A DNA stretch of 64,000 bases from Lytechinus pictus (lineage: Eukaryota): assembly GCF_037042905.1 (NCBI RefSeq), contig NC_087256.1:10230001-10294000 (forward strand), in the 5' to 3' direction. The notes below the pieces were generated by a model that was not told the origin of the DNA, searched no databases, and worked only from the letters and a program-made list of their open reading frames with translations. Shown piece after piece: positions 50,725-64,000 of this stretch; the stretch's first letter is position 1, and each line of letters starts with the position of its first letter. The position numbers were made by a program, and so were the translations under genes.

Positions 50725-51134
50725 CAGACCTGCCAACCAGTACGTTTTAGCCGTATTACGTTTTTGCAACCAAAATACGGCAGTACGTTTTTTCTTTACA
50801 AAATATGTTTTTTGTAAAAAAACGTACATAAATATGCTTATTCGATCAATGTAATTTCAGGTAACTTGTTTTTTTTTTTCAATCATTTTGTAAAAACCAG
50901 GGTGAGATATACACAAGTTTCAATGTTTTTTTTTTTTCATCTGCAAGAGCAGTGGCATGCAGCTTGAGCGCCGTGATGGGCGAGTGCGCCAAGCATTTTA
51001 TTATGAAATACACTTTTTTGGGGAAAAATACAAAATATTTATCTCACACGGTAAAAATACTGATTTTTTTTGTCAAAATACTGATTTTGGGGGATAAGAA
51101 TACTGAAAATGCAAAATACAACTTGGCAGCTCTG
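50725..51134. mobile_element. CAG..CTG MITE with 6-bp TSD (hAT6-like)
   Basis: cagacctgccaa / ttggcagctctg, with attatg on both sides. Confidence 0.8.
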
Positions 51135-51355
51135 ATTATGAAGTTATGAAAATAAGATTTAGAATCATGTAAAAAAAAATCTTTTTATTTCAGAAAACTT
51201 TCATTGGTTATGATCAAATTATACAGTATTCAATTAAATGATTAAGTTATTGTCCACCCCTTGAGTTAATCCAAATGTTGATTAAAATTTTGGCATATCT
51301 GCTTCTAATTGGTTTGTCGATTGAGTGTGCTGACTCTGATTTGTTTGATTCCCAG

Positions 51356-51545
51356 CTGTGTGTTGAGACATTACCTGCCGCTTCCATGCCATACCCTCCT
51401 CCTTTGGAAGAAGGAATTGAAGAAGCTGTCTATCTCAGCCACATCGCCCCACCCCCTCAAGAAACAAAAGAAGAAGAGGAGGCAGCGGATGAGAATGCTG
51501 ACGAGAAGGTTCCAGAGATAACTGGAGATGACATGAATGAACAAG
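51356..51545 (+). CDS. CABCOCO1: CABCOCO1 coding exon 6
   Basis: PYPPPLEEGI..YLSHIAPPP followed by an acidic linker. Confidence 0.9.
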
Positions 51546-52299
51546 GTAAGTCATCAGGGAAACCAGTCATTACTTACATGTATTGATATGAATAACATTT
51601 GTTGTTGTCCTGATTATCTGCAATATTTTCAGTGCCAAAACAGAGTTACACCCTGCACTTTCCCATACCTGTCTCGCACATATTCAACTGTTTTGTAATG
51701 TAGCAAAAGGCTATTTTTATATGTGGAAAAATATAATGAATAATATAATATTATTATTACAGTCAAACTTGTATGTATGCAATTTCCACCCAAGCAAAAC
51801 AATAAATATAATCTTTATGAGCAGGTGGTCTTTATGGACATGTTGAAATTGGCAAAAAATCTTCTTCTTTTGAAGGAAACCAAATTTGTGATGTTTATAG
51901 ACACTCGGTGCATATACACATGCACAAGTTGTTGGTGAAGGAGGTTTGCCTGTACCATTATACATGGAAAATTGAATACTTGGGCTTGGTCAGACACGGC
52001 ATTGCATTAACATTTTTTCTTTCTACCTCAAATTGTGTTGACTTCATACAAAAGAATTACATGTATTGCTCCATCTTTAGGTAAGCCTTCAGATTTTTAC
52101 TTCATATTGATTTTGAAATCAGCATGCAGCTATACATAGAGTCACACAGTTTAATATTTGATATCAATGAAAGAATATACATGTATGTCTGCATATTTTC
52201 ACTTGTACATCATTTTAAAACTAACAGAAGGGTGTAAAAGAAAGGAAAAGTCAAGTCTCGAGAAACATCTGAATTTGTCAAATTTAGAATGCCTAAAGG

Positions 52300-52545
52300 T
52301 GATTGCATTAAGTTTGTATAAAGGTAACAGAGATAAAGCGAAATATGTCTTACGTTAAGATCATTGTATTGTGTTAGTATTTCAAAGGTGAAGGAGACTT
52401 AGTAAAAGATATCCCACATAAAGATAATTGTGTTGTGTTTGTATCTTGAAGGTGAAGGAGATGAAGTGAAGGATGTCTTACATAAAGTTGATTGTATTGT
52501 ATTTGTATCTTGAAGGTGATGGAGATGAGGTAAAGGATGTCCTAG
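52300..52545 (+). repeat. ~64-bp tandem repeat (4 copies) spanning the exon 7 acceptor
   Basis: gtat(c/t)t..aaggtga recurs at 52377, 52441 and 52505, with a more diverged copy near 52316. Confidence 0.8.
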
Positions 52546-52616
52546 CTGGAGTAACGGTAGAGGAAGTCAAGACTGTCTTTGATAAGGTGGCAAAAGAAAT
52601 GTTTGCTGGGCTACAG
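52516..52616 (+). CDS. CABCOCO1: CABCOCO1 coding exon 7
   Basis: DVLAGVTVEEVKTVFDKVAKEMFAGLQ. Phase 1-0. Confidence 0.85.
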
Positions 52617-53006
52617 GTAAGAAATTCATCTTTAATTCCTATCTCTCATATCTGTTATTGTTTGACTTCTTTCTTTGACAAGAGGTTAAATCAAGTGGCA
52701 GAATGTTATGGAATTCAAGACCACTTACTGACATAATTTCATCTATTGCTATTGTTATAGTTTCATCTCCTTGTTATATTATTGTATTATTTCTAATTTT
52801 GTTTCAATATATTGTATCTTGTCACAATGTATGCATTATAAACTGGTCTCTCAATATCACATTATCAATTTGGAAATATAGTTCTCAGTTGATAACTGTT
52901 CATGTACAATGCATTTCATGTGTTATTCCTAAATATTAATAGAAGTTAGTTGAAGAAAAATGTATTAATGCTTAGCTTATGTCCCTTTATTTGTCTTCAA
53001 TCATAG

Positions 53007-53090
53007 GTTGAGGTTGCACTGAAACTGAAAGAGAGGGAAGCAGATATAATCACAAGGATAAACAGAATACACAGAATAGCTGAAACATAG
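53007..53090 (+). CDS. CABCOCO1: CABCOCO1 coding exon 8 (coiled coil, stop)
   Basis: VEVALKLKEREADIITRINRIHRIAET, then TAG. Confidence 0.88.
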   Translation, partial: VEVALKLKEREADIITRINRIHRIAET

Positions 53091-56000
53091 TACACTGTCC
53101 TGCAAGACAAGTACAGTATATTTCATTTACCTGTAATTATTCTATGACAAATCCTTTGGGGTTTGAAATGGTATTTTCTTGCTTAAGAATTGGCATATTC
53201 TTGATCCCTGTTCTTTTTGTTCATTGACATGATTTGATAGAGGGTAAATACCACCGAGGTTTTATGGATTGGTACATAATACCACAAACAAGTCATGTTA
53301 TTGTACAGTACGATAGTGTCAATGTACAAGGACTCCTGTATAGAAAGACCATATACAAGGAAAATGGGGTCTTTGGACAGGTTCCTATAATACATGTTTC
53401 AATGGGGAATTCAATTCCAGGGGAAACAAATTTGTGGTCTTTATAGACTGATTGTCTGTCTGTGTAGGTGCGTGCTATAGCAGATGTGTCTCTGTTCCAA
53501 AATGTGTTTCATTTGTAATTATATCCGAGCAATTCCATAAAGTTTCTCAATAATGCAGGATGCGCCCCTATTAATAAAAATATATGCAAGTGGAGCATAT
53601 ACTAGTAACCATTTTATTATACCCCTGACAAAGAAAGGGATATATATATAGGAATCAGTCTACAGTTGTGTAGTCAGTTGGTGGTTCATTGCAAATGTTA
53701 GAATGATCAAATATTAAAATGACCTACGCAAAGTTACAAATACATGATTGTGGCAGCTCCCAGCACAGCTGAATGCACAACGCTTGTATACATGTATATG
53801 CCACATAAACTGATGTACCTCCATGTACCCACAAAACCCGAGTTTTGTATCTGCATCTGTGATATCTATACTGTATATATAGCCATTTCTGACTTTGGCT
53901 CAAATGAATTTAATCTGTGTTTGAAATTTATGATCATAACCAAGACGCTAACTATCACACTGCAGAATACTATCAGATACAGGAATAAAGGATGTCTATA
54001 CACAGTCGTTTGTATGTCTTTTTTTTTCACACAAAAAAATATTAAATTATCATTGGAAAGTATGCTTTACGGAATTGAATCATATTTATTTTGTCCCTAT
54101 GGTCTCCAAATAAAGCAACTGAGCCCAAGGTTTGTTCTCCCCAGAATTGTGGATAGCATTTGATATTGAAGAACATGGATTTTGTTTTTGTCCGATTCAC
54201 CATTGAACCACTTTAGCACTGAGTTCTGATACTAGTGTGAAGCAGAATGTTACACCACTTGGGTGAATGAATGAAATTGTGACTCAATTATTTTAACAAA
54301 GTTTGTTGTACATGTAGTGTACCAATTTATAGAAATGTATTTTCTTCTGTTCTTGCACCATGCATTTTTTTTTTTGGGGGGGGGGTGTGTGAAGAACAAA
54401 CATTTATTTAAAACTTATTGTCAGTAGATGTATGCAACACTATTCAGGTTTTTTAAAAAGAGGAAATGTGAAGAAAATGTTTTACTCAATTAAATATCAA
54501 AGAAAATGAATAGTGTGTTGGCCGGTTGTCACAAATTTGTGACGGGAACTGCATGATATATTGTGATTTCTTCTTTAGTCTTCAAATTCAATTAAGGATT
54601 AATAGTGATATTTGTATGCAAAACTTATGTTGACTGTACATAAAACATTGTGTATTCATGTAAATACTTGTATGAAAAATAAAGCTATGTTTATATTGCA
54701 TTTTTATTTAAATTATGTAGATATATTTGAAGATTGTTCTCATTGAAGGGACGTTTTATAAACTGGTATGGTTGCAGTTATATAATAACTTCTTACAAAA
54801 TGATCCATATTTTGGGACGGTTCATGTGTTGTGTGACCTGCTATGCTTTTATATGGCCATATGGCCTTGGTCAAAATTTCTAGATTCACTGTACATACAT
54901 GTTTTCCTTAAATAAAATTTATGATATAAATACAACTTAAAGTCTCAAAATTTGTAAAAGACTTTGTATAGCTTGACAGCTGTCTTTTTGTGCAAATGCA
55001 CATGATAAGTGGTACGCAGTGATCTGATGATATAAAAAATTGCATGAGGCTCACTTTTATAAAACCACATAACATAATGAACAATTTAAAAAAAATCTGT
55101 TTTTTTTTTAGAGTTAATTTCTATTTTAATCTGCTGTTTTAAAGAATATTGAGTACATAACCTATTTCAAATACATTTAAGTACTCCCATCTACAAACAA
55201 AATGAAGCAACTCTACGGAATGAGTCATTGTGTCATTGCGTTTACAATGTATGTGGAAACATATATTTAATTGCTTTTGAAACATTTATATTTCACAAAT
55301 TGAGCACTATGGGATCCCAATTCCTTTAGCATCATGAGTAGCATAAAGGAAATATCTCAACTCGAGAAAAAAGGTCAATTTTGAAGGAAAAAAAAGAGTT
55401 GCTTCCTTTTGTCAGTGAACGGCAGAATGCATAATTGCATTGTTCATTGGTACACCCAAACAATTTACTCATTTCATTTGCCATGGTAGTAAACCTCCCT
55501 CTACATGTATTTCTGCTAATTATTGTAGAGCAGCTTCGTTCAGTAACTCGTGGTCCTAGAACCTTCGCAACTATCAGACTTGGACTCATGTTCCAATAAA
55601 TAGATAAATTCATTCTATCAAAATCTTAAAAGATACAGAAGGCAAAATTACAACCAGCTACACACACTACGTAAATTCGCTTTCTTTGGACTTGAACATA
55701 AGTCATTTATTATCAATTTTTCTACGAAATATGTTTTTCATACGGAATCAAAAGCCTGAGAACATGGCATAAACTGCACATATAAATTATGCAATAAAAG
55801 TATTCTAGAAAATAAATAATGAAGCATTCTAATATCACAATGTATTCACAAAACACTCTTCATGCTGAAAGAGCAATTAAGTTTGAACTTTGTGCAATAT
55901 TTTTATTTTCTATATAATATCTGTCAATTTCCATTCTCTACTTAAAAAGTTCAGAAAAATCACAAGGCAGATAGCTTCAATTGAGATGAAAATGACAAAA

Positions 56001-56533
56001 ATTTGAACATCATATACCATTTCAAAAACAATAAAAAGAACACTGGCCATATCATCTCCGATATTCACCTCTAGAAAGCTAAATGTAATGAAGTTAAGCA
56101 GAATCCAATGGGGTGGAAATTTGTTTAAACATACAACAGAAAATTCAGAGTAACAATAAAAGACAGTTTGAACAAAAGTGAACGAGAAAGTTTTGAGTTG
56201 TCAAATGTTATAAAAACAGTAATCACTATACACATACATGTATCTACAGGGACTTCAAATATGCCGCATAGATGATGTAACTATGATGAAGGGTAAGGAC
56301 AAGTTCTTCATTTTACCTCGATTCACAAAATGACTAATGCAATTAAATTGCATGTTTTGAGTACACTCGTCTATTCATCATGCCACAAGAATGAAATTCG
56401 CACTTGGTCTTCTGTTGTTTTTTTCCATTCCCATATGGTCTAATCCCAGATATTGTCCTATAACCATTTAGCTAAATTGCTTCTTTGCCCATTGTCATTT
56501 AATTTCAAAATAATTGGTCAAGTACATATATTA

Positions 56534-56965
56534 CAGACCTGCCAACCTCTAGGAATGAAGAAGTGTATTCTGTGATTAAAAGAAGTGTATTCTGTGATTA
56601 AAAAAAGTGTATTTCTTAATAAAATGCATGGCGCACTCGCTCATCGCGGCGCTCAAGCTGCATGCAAGCTAAAATGCGCACTGCTCTCGCAGATGAAAAA
56701 AAAAAACATTTAAACATGTGTATATCTCACCCTGGTTTTAACAAAATGATTGAAAAAAAAAAACAAGTTACCTGAAATTACATTGATCTAATAACCATAT
56801 TTGTGTTAGTTTTATGAAATAGAGACATATAGAAACGATTGTTCTCAATAAATTACGATTTTGTTTTTTATACAAAAACATATTTTTTAAAGAAAAAACG
56901 TACTGCCGTATTTTGGTTGCAAACACGTACTAAATTCGCCCAAAACGTACTGGTTGGCAGGTCTG
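56534..56965. mobile_element. CAG..CTG MITE with 6-bp TSD (hAT6-like), inverted relative to the 50725 copy
   Basis: cagacctgccaacc / ggttggcaggtctg, with atatta on both sides. Confidence 0.8.
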
Positions 56966-57002
56966 ATATTAGACTGTGTGATTCATATTTAAGCATCAGT
57001 TC

Positions 57003-57290
57003 TCCCCAGCATCTTCCACAGTGGCTTCCTGCATTCCCAATTGATTTATCATTGTCAAAATGGCAAGAATAATGATGAAAAGGCACTGAGGATGAATCTT
57101 TCCCATTGTCTTTCAGTGGCTCTCCTGCATTCCCTATTGTTTTGTCTAGATGTCAAAATGGCAGGAGTAGTGATGAAACGATGCTGAGGGAAGTCTTCCC
57201 CAGTTTCTTTTAGAGTGACTTTCCTGCATTTTCCATTGTTTTGTCTATGATAAACGTGGCAGGAGTAGTGATTAAAAGATGCTGAGTGGA
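57003..57290. repeat. ~97-bp tandem repeat x3
   Basis: cctgcatt..tggca(a/g)ga.tagtgat..ctgag is repeated three times. Confidence 0.7.
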
Positions 57291-59389
57291 TTCCAGCAGG
57301 AAGAAACCGGTTGGACTTTTGTTGACAGTGCCCAAGACCACATTTCTTGCCATACACCAAATATATAATCACAGTGGCTTAAAACAATCGGGGAAGTTGA
57401 ACTGCTGGTCAGTTCTCGCTATTGGCAATAACAAAAATTTCCAGGATATAGCGCGTGGCGTGAATTTACCACTCACTTTGTGCACTGACCTAGAAATTCT
57501 ACTTCCTCTTAAGTAAAATGTGACCCAACACCTTCTGGCCTACTCGTACAATAGCTAGCGCTTGCACCGCTTTCTCATTCTCTTCTTACATTTTGAGGAG
57601 AAATCATTGTAAAACTTTCTACTTGCGTTATCCCTCTTGCTGTATTCTTACCTTTAAGCTACCAGAAGTTAATTGGTCACACACGTGTGCGGTGTGAGCT
57701 ACATCTGGGAACTTTTTTTATTTTTGATACAAAAAAACTGGTTGTAAACCACACCGTGTTTGATCAATATCAATTCACATCATACTACTATGGTTAAATT
57801 CATCATCAAAACGATGATTAATCATTATTAAAGTGTTAAATTATCACCGGTTCCCCATTAAATATGCATGATAAAGAAAGAATTCAAATGCCTCATCAGC
57901 TTTCCTCACAAAAGTTGTTCATAAAATTTCGTTTCTCTTTCATTTTCTTTTCAAAAGTAATCTTCCCATTAAGCAATTACAAGTCTTACAAATCCTCAAT
58001 ACTTCCAAAAGAGAGCCTTGCAAAAAATGCTAGTCAAATTACTCATTCTTCCTCTAAAATGTTTTATCAATGTACATGTTAAAGAACACAAAAACAATAT
58101 TAGATAAAATTATGCCACAAAAACAGAGAACTGATGAATTTATTGATATTTCATAAATTTTTAAAGTTAAATCAGTCAATTCCTGCCATATACCTTTAGA
58201 AGAATAAAAGATATATTGTCTATCATGAGCTTAAAGCAAGTACAATCTTGTTGAATATCAATATCTATATAATCATCTATTTATCATTAACCATTTTGTG
58301 ATCTGCATTGCAGTACTATTCATAGGATTTGCCGTGTTTCGAAATATTTCAAAATACACCAATAACATGACATGAATGTACATAAAGACCTGCTTTGTAA
58401 TTTATATATGAGGGTAAAAATTAACTTAAAATGAGACTGAATGTTATTCTGAAACATATAAAAATTTCAAAAAAATATACATATATTTTCATTTGAGTAT
58501 TTTTTTTTTACAATCAATTCCCTACACATAAAATACCCTAAGTATGATTCACATAAAATGATTTGTCAAAGCCATTGCCATTTTCATACAATAAGAGTTG
58601 CAAATAAAGCCAAATTTCATTTTCTTACAAGAAAAGAACTGAAATAGACATTTTATCATATTATTGCACAATTTATGGCCACTCCACAATAAATAAATAT
58701 GAGGGAATCAGTAGTGTCAAGACCTTTTCCTTCAGATCTAGCTTTAGATAATTACATAAAGTATTTTCACCAAGCCATCAAAAATTACAAAACTACTAGT
58801 ACAATGGTTGATTTTTTTTTAAAGAAATGGGAGTTAGAAGAAAAAACACAGGTATATATGGACCAAGTCACACTCTAAGCTCTGTAGTCATTGAGTAGCC
58901 TAAATTTGATTTAAAGTAAAATAGGTGAGAAATCTTAAACTTTGAATTTCGTGCAATTATGAAAATTATTGTCGTGTCCAGCCTGAATGTCTACATTAAA
59001 AAAAAATCTAAATGGTAGATACAAAACAGTTTAAGTTTGTGGCTTTTAATATGGTTCACATATTTTCAACAGAATTTACCATTAGAGATATGTAAATAGT
59101 GAAGAGCAGTTTGGATAAAAAAGAAATAGAAGAAATGATGGAAAAGGATGGTATTTGCTGGGGGGGGGGGGGGCTATGTGCACAAATACACTGAAAAGGG
59201 TACCAATATCAGAAAGGGTATACTTTTCAACCGTGGACAGGTGAAAAGGGTATACATTTCATCAAATCAAGCAAGTAGTGTGAACAAGGATGATTCACAG
59301 TGTTTAGGGCCCATTTTTGGACGAGTATGGGGTTACCTTTTAATGACAGTGAGAGCCCCCTCCCCCCCTCAGTATTTGTAGCAGCAGAA

Positions 59390-60146
59390 GTAAAGTATCA
59401 GTAGTATAGTATACAGGGTAATATGATGGTGAGTAGGTAACATAGTAGTAAAGCTCTAATTGATTAGTCATAGTTTTAGTTGAAGTACAAGTAGCAGTTG
59501 CAGTAGAAGTAGTAGTCCTGTAGTAGTAGTAGTAGCAGCAGCAGCAGCAGTATTCGTAGTAGCAGTAGTAGTAGAAGAAGTAGTAGTAATAGTAATAGTA
59601 GTATTAGTCCTAGTAGTAATAGTTGTAGTAGTAGTAATTATTATTATTACTAGTAGTAGACCTAGTAGTGGTAAAAGTAGTAATATTAAGTGTCATAGTA
59701 ATAGCTGAAATAGTATACTGATAATAGTAGTAAAATAGGGAAAAGAGTAGTAATTAGTTACAGTATGTAGGCCTAGTAGTATCATCAGAAATAGAAGTAC
59801 ACTGTAGCAGTAATGTTAATAATGTTCGAAGTAATAGTAATATCAGCTGTAGATGTAGATATGACATGAATAATGAGTAATAGTAGTAGTGGTAGTCACA
59901 TCAACAGCAGTACTGATTGCAATATATGTAGCAGTATGTAGTGGTGGTGGTGAAAGTAGTTGGTGTACATATAGTAGTGAGAGCAGAAGTATAGGAAGAA
60001 GCAGTAGTATAATGGTAGAAGTAGTATTGATGGTAGAGAAAATAGTAGAATATCAATAGTAGCAGTAGTAGTAACAGTAGTAGTAGTAGTATAAGAAGCA
60101 GCAGCAATATTGGTGGCAGTGGTAGTAGTAGTAGAAGAAGTAGTAC

Positions 60147-60229
<83 letters not shown>

Positions 60230-60973
60230 ATATTANNNNNNNNNNNNNNNNNNNNNNNNNNNNNNNNNNNNNNNNNNNNNNNNNNNNNNNNNNNNNNNNN
60301 NNNNNNNNNNNNNNNNNNNNNNNNNNNNNNNNNNNNNNNNNNNNNNNNNNNNNNNNNNNNNNNNNNNNNNNNNNTGTTATTAGTAGTAATAGTAGTTGTT
60401 GATTTAAGGATCAAATTAGCAGTAATAGTAGTATAATAGGGATAATAGTAGCATTAGTAATAGAGGAAGTACTAATGGCAGCGAAAGCAGCAGTAGTAGT
60501 AACACCAGTGGTAGGAGTAGTAGTACATAAAGTAGGAATAGTATATTGGCAGAGGTAGTATTGATGATTGAGAACATAGAAATGTATCACTATAAGGTAG
60601 TAGTAGTAGTACTAGCAGTAGTAGCAATATTTGTAGCACTGGTAAGAGTAGTTTTAGCAGCTATAGTAGTATTAGTAGTATATAGAAGTAGTAGTAGTGT
60701 TGTTGTGGTCGAGGAAATAGTTATATATCAGTATAAGGTAGTATTAGTAGTAGCAGTAATAACCATATTTGTAGCACTAGTAAGAGTAGTTGTAGCAGCT
60801 ATAGTAGTATAAGTAGTATATAGAATTAGTAGTAGTATTGTAAGGATAAGCATATTCATAATATCAATGGTAGAAGTAGAGTAGAGACAGTGGCATTAGT
60901 GATAGTTGTAGTAGTAGTAGTAGTGGTATAGTAGTAGTAATAGTAGTAGTATAGTAGTAGTAGCAGCAGCAGC

Positions 60974-61020
<47 letters not shown>

Positions 61021-61661
61021 AAGTAGAAGTAGTAGTAGTAGTTGTTGTTTCCTTTTTAAAAGATGAAAAATAAGAACCCCGGACCTTGTGGTATCCAATC
61101 AGCCATATCACCTCTACGTATACCTTGAGTAGTAGTAGTATGGTTACTAACAGCATTAGTAGTAGGAATAGTATTATTACAAGAAAATGTTTTAACAGCA
61201 GTAGTACTCTTACTATTAGTAGTAGTAATAATAGAAGTAGCAGTAGCAGTAGTAGTAGTAATGGTAGTAATATCATGAGTAGTAGTAATTATGCTTGTTT
61301 ATACAGCACTTAACTCTAAAACATTCTGCAGTGTAATTACAGTGGCTTTAGCAGAGCAGCTATTAAGAACACTCAAGGAATAAATTACCGTAAGGTACCC
61401 ATTTACCTCACCTGAGTTGAGTGCAGCACATTGTGGATCAATTTCCTGCTGAAGGAATTTACGCCATTGCTAATTCCTGTCCACAACCCTCTGTTTCAAA
61501 GTTTGGAGACTAATCCACCGTGTAGCACTCTACACACTAGTAGTACAGTAAAAATAGTGGTAGTATTGGTAGAAGTAAAACTAGTAGTAGAAGAAAAAAG
61601 AAGAGGTAGGAGTAGTATTACTAGTGGCAGTAGTAGGAGTAGTAGTAGTAGTAGTAGTAGG

Positions 61662-61692
<31 letters not shown>

Positions 61693-62890
61693 GTAGTAGT
61701 AGTAGCAGTAGAAGTGGAAGTAGNNNNNNNNNNNNNNNNNNNNNNNNNNNNNNNNNNNNNNNNNNNNNNNNNNNNNNNNNNNNNNNNNNNNNNNNNNNNN
61801 NNNNNNNNNNNNNNNNNNNNNNNNNNNNNNNNNNNNNNNNNNNNNNNNNNNNNNNNNNNNNNNNNNNNNNNNNNNNNNNNNNNNNNNNNNNNNNNNNNNN
61901 NNNNGCAGTGGTAGTAGCATGAATAGTAGTANNNNNNNNNNNNNNNNNNNNNNNNNNNNNNNNNNNNNNNNNNNNNNNNNNNNNNNNNNNNNNNNNNNNN
62001 NNNNNNNNNNNNNNNNNNNNNNNNNNNNNNNNNNNNNNNNNNNNNNNNNNNNNNNNNNNNNNNNNNNNNNNGTAGCAGAAATAGTAGTAGCAATATTAAT
62101 AGTAGTAGTAGTAGAAGAAAAAGTAGGAGAAGTAGTAGTATAAGTAGCAGTAGAAGTGGAAGTAGCAGACATAGTATTTGCAATATTAGTAGCAGTAAAA
62201 GTAGTAGTACTACAGGTAGTCGTGGTGGTAGCAGAAGTAGAAGTAACAAAGTACCAAAGTGATGACGTCACAAATTTTTGTTTAAGCATTTCAGCGTATT
62301 TGATACAATATTTTGATAGAGCATGATGAAAAACCCCCACTACCAAAATTTGTTGGGAATCAGTCCATGGGGGGCCTTAGATATGACCTCATGAATACAT
62401 AATTAGCCCCATTGAAGTTTGTTCGGCCAATAATACATTGACTTCAATGAGGCTAATTATGTATTCATGAGGTCATATCTTGAGGCCCCATGGACCGATT
62501 CCCACCAAATTTGGGTTGTGGAGGTTTTTCATCATGCTCTAACAAAATATGGTATAAAAAACGCTGATATGCAAAAAGTGAAAATTTATGAGTCACACTT
62601 TGGTACTCTATAGGAGTAAGAGTAGTAGTATTAGTAGTAGTAGTAGTTGTAGTAGTGGTAGTAGTGGTAGTAGTAGTGGTAGTAGTAAATAGCGTATCCA
62701 GCATCAACTGTGACAAAGAAATGTATGGGCCAATGCACAATTAAGCATAATAGAGTCACTGTTGTCCCCAGACAATTGGGCCCATGAAATGCTTTGTAGG
62801 ATCTGATGCTGGATACGCACCTGGTAGTTGTGGTGATATGGGGGTGGTACTTGTGGTGGTGGTGGTAGCAGTGGTGGTAGTAGTCTTGGT
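59390..62890. repeat. Degenerate (TAG/AGT)n low-complexity tract with N-runs and embedded SINE/MITEs
   Basis: Directly visible. Includes a ~145-bp internal tandem duplication (60590-60840). Confidence 0.9.
62249..62610. mobile_element. Foldback MITE (agtaccaaagtg TIR)
   Basis: agtaccaaagtgatgacgtca.. / ..gagtcacactttggtactcta. The arms pair along their length around 62430. Confidence 0.7.
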
Positions 62891-64000
62891 GATGGAAATA
62901 CTTGTAATAGTTTTTGTTTTTCAGTTGAAAATTGTAATGCAACCTGTCTGTACTTGATTAGATTTTCAAGGAGGGTGTAATGATGGAAGAATTATAGTAT
63001 ATAAATAGGTCGTGGTCTTTGTGCAGTCCTTTAATAAGTAAAAAAAAATTGTTTTTCTTTTTCGTTTGTCGAAGCAAACTTGTAAAAAACGTATAAAAAA
63101 CTGGATGAGAAACTATTCTACTGAATCCTCCAGAGAAAATCTCAACAAAAATACTTGTTTGGGGGCTCTTGAAGATATATATAAGACATTTCTATATTAA
63201 TATCATCAAGCAAATGGAGTTTTATGTGTTTTCATCATGCCTTTGTGCAAAAATTCTGCAGAGTCATATGATAGAAAAGAATAATAAAACCCTTAAAAAC
63301 AGTGTTATATTGAATTGATCAGAACAAATAATCAACAAAGTCTTATATTGGTTTCAAAGGAAGTTGTAGTTTCAAACCCTGATGAATCCACGGCACTGTA
63401 CTACAGTATCATGGAAGCATCGGGGTCAAATAGTAAAACGAATGTCTTATACAAGAGGCATTAGAGCCATTCTTTTAACCATGAAATTATTGAATATTTT
63501 ACGTGTACATCTACATTTTTTATCAAGAGTATCTGACTGGATACTACCTTGGTCAAGTGATTTTGTTATGATGTGAATGATAGCAATGGAATACTTTATC
63601 TCAGTACAGTATACTATGCAAAGTATAACCACTGCCGAGTACTGAGTCATGGACCAACTTACATTGCTTGCTAGATCTACTTTAAAAAAGCGAATTGAAG
63701 AAATGAATAGATGTTAACACATATTCAGTCATATATGACACATAATGCTCATTTCTTATAAAAACAATATCAACGGTGACACGGGTCAAGTACATGACAT
63801 TTAAAGGTGAGAAAAATAAACAGAACATTTACAATAATTCAAATAATTGCAAGCACAGTGTCTCAAAACAGAGTAATTTAAAATCATAAAGCGTCAATGT
63901 ACTTGTATAAGTACAGAATGAGTAATACATTACATAGTAATGTGATCTGATTGGGTTAACCTACCCAGTAAAGTGAGCATGGATGCTTATGAGAACCAGC

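Noticed and set aside
53744-59381. Short ORFs downstream of CABCOCO1
   Set aside because: No splice-consistent chain or recognisable motif. Likely UTR or intergenic DNA.
59896-62942. Long poly-L/T/S/V ORFs
   Set aside because: They are translations of (TAG)n repeats and N-runs.

Overview
Eukaryotic, AT-rich, intron-rich animal genomic DNA. The repeat landscape looks echinoderm/sea-urchin-like, which is an inference and not proven. Four host genes can be built by hand from GT-AG junctions: (1) the first two coding exons of an RDH11/12/13-like SDR (minus strand, runs off the left edge); (2) an intronless 4HBT/YbgC-type hotdog thioesterase (minus); (3) a complete 8-exon NSMCE4/Nse4 (plus, 318 aa), divergent from the thioesterase; (4) a complete 8-exon CABCOCO1 (plus, 322 aa) with an RFX X-box and a probable alternative, PKA-site-rich N-terminus from two upstream exons. 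The rest is mostly transposons: two LINEs, several tRNA-derived SINEs, many MITEs (Kolobok-, hAT-, Harbinger-, EnSpm- and Helentron-like) and a ~3.5 kb (TAG)n tract. The most unusual signal is a set of non-autonomous DNA elements with TAACC..GGTTA or TAGAC..GTCTA termini and 9-bp target duplications (AcademH-like by my recollection). They sit only in first introns or the divergent promoter region. Three of them lie in GGTTA-Nx-TAACC palindromes that mimic the TAACC-type termini, and two are stacked in tandem with one TSD repeated three times, with the empty site visible ~550 bp away. One family shows flip-flop hairpin termini with homogenised arms. Several carry outward-facing splice donors or promoter motifs. 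No CRISPR, rRNA or confident true tRNA gene was seen.
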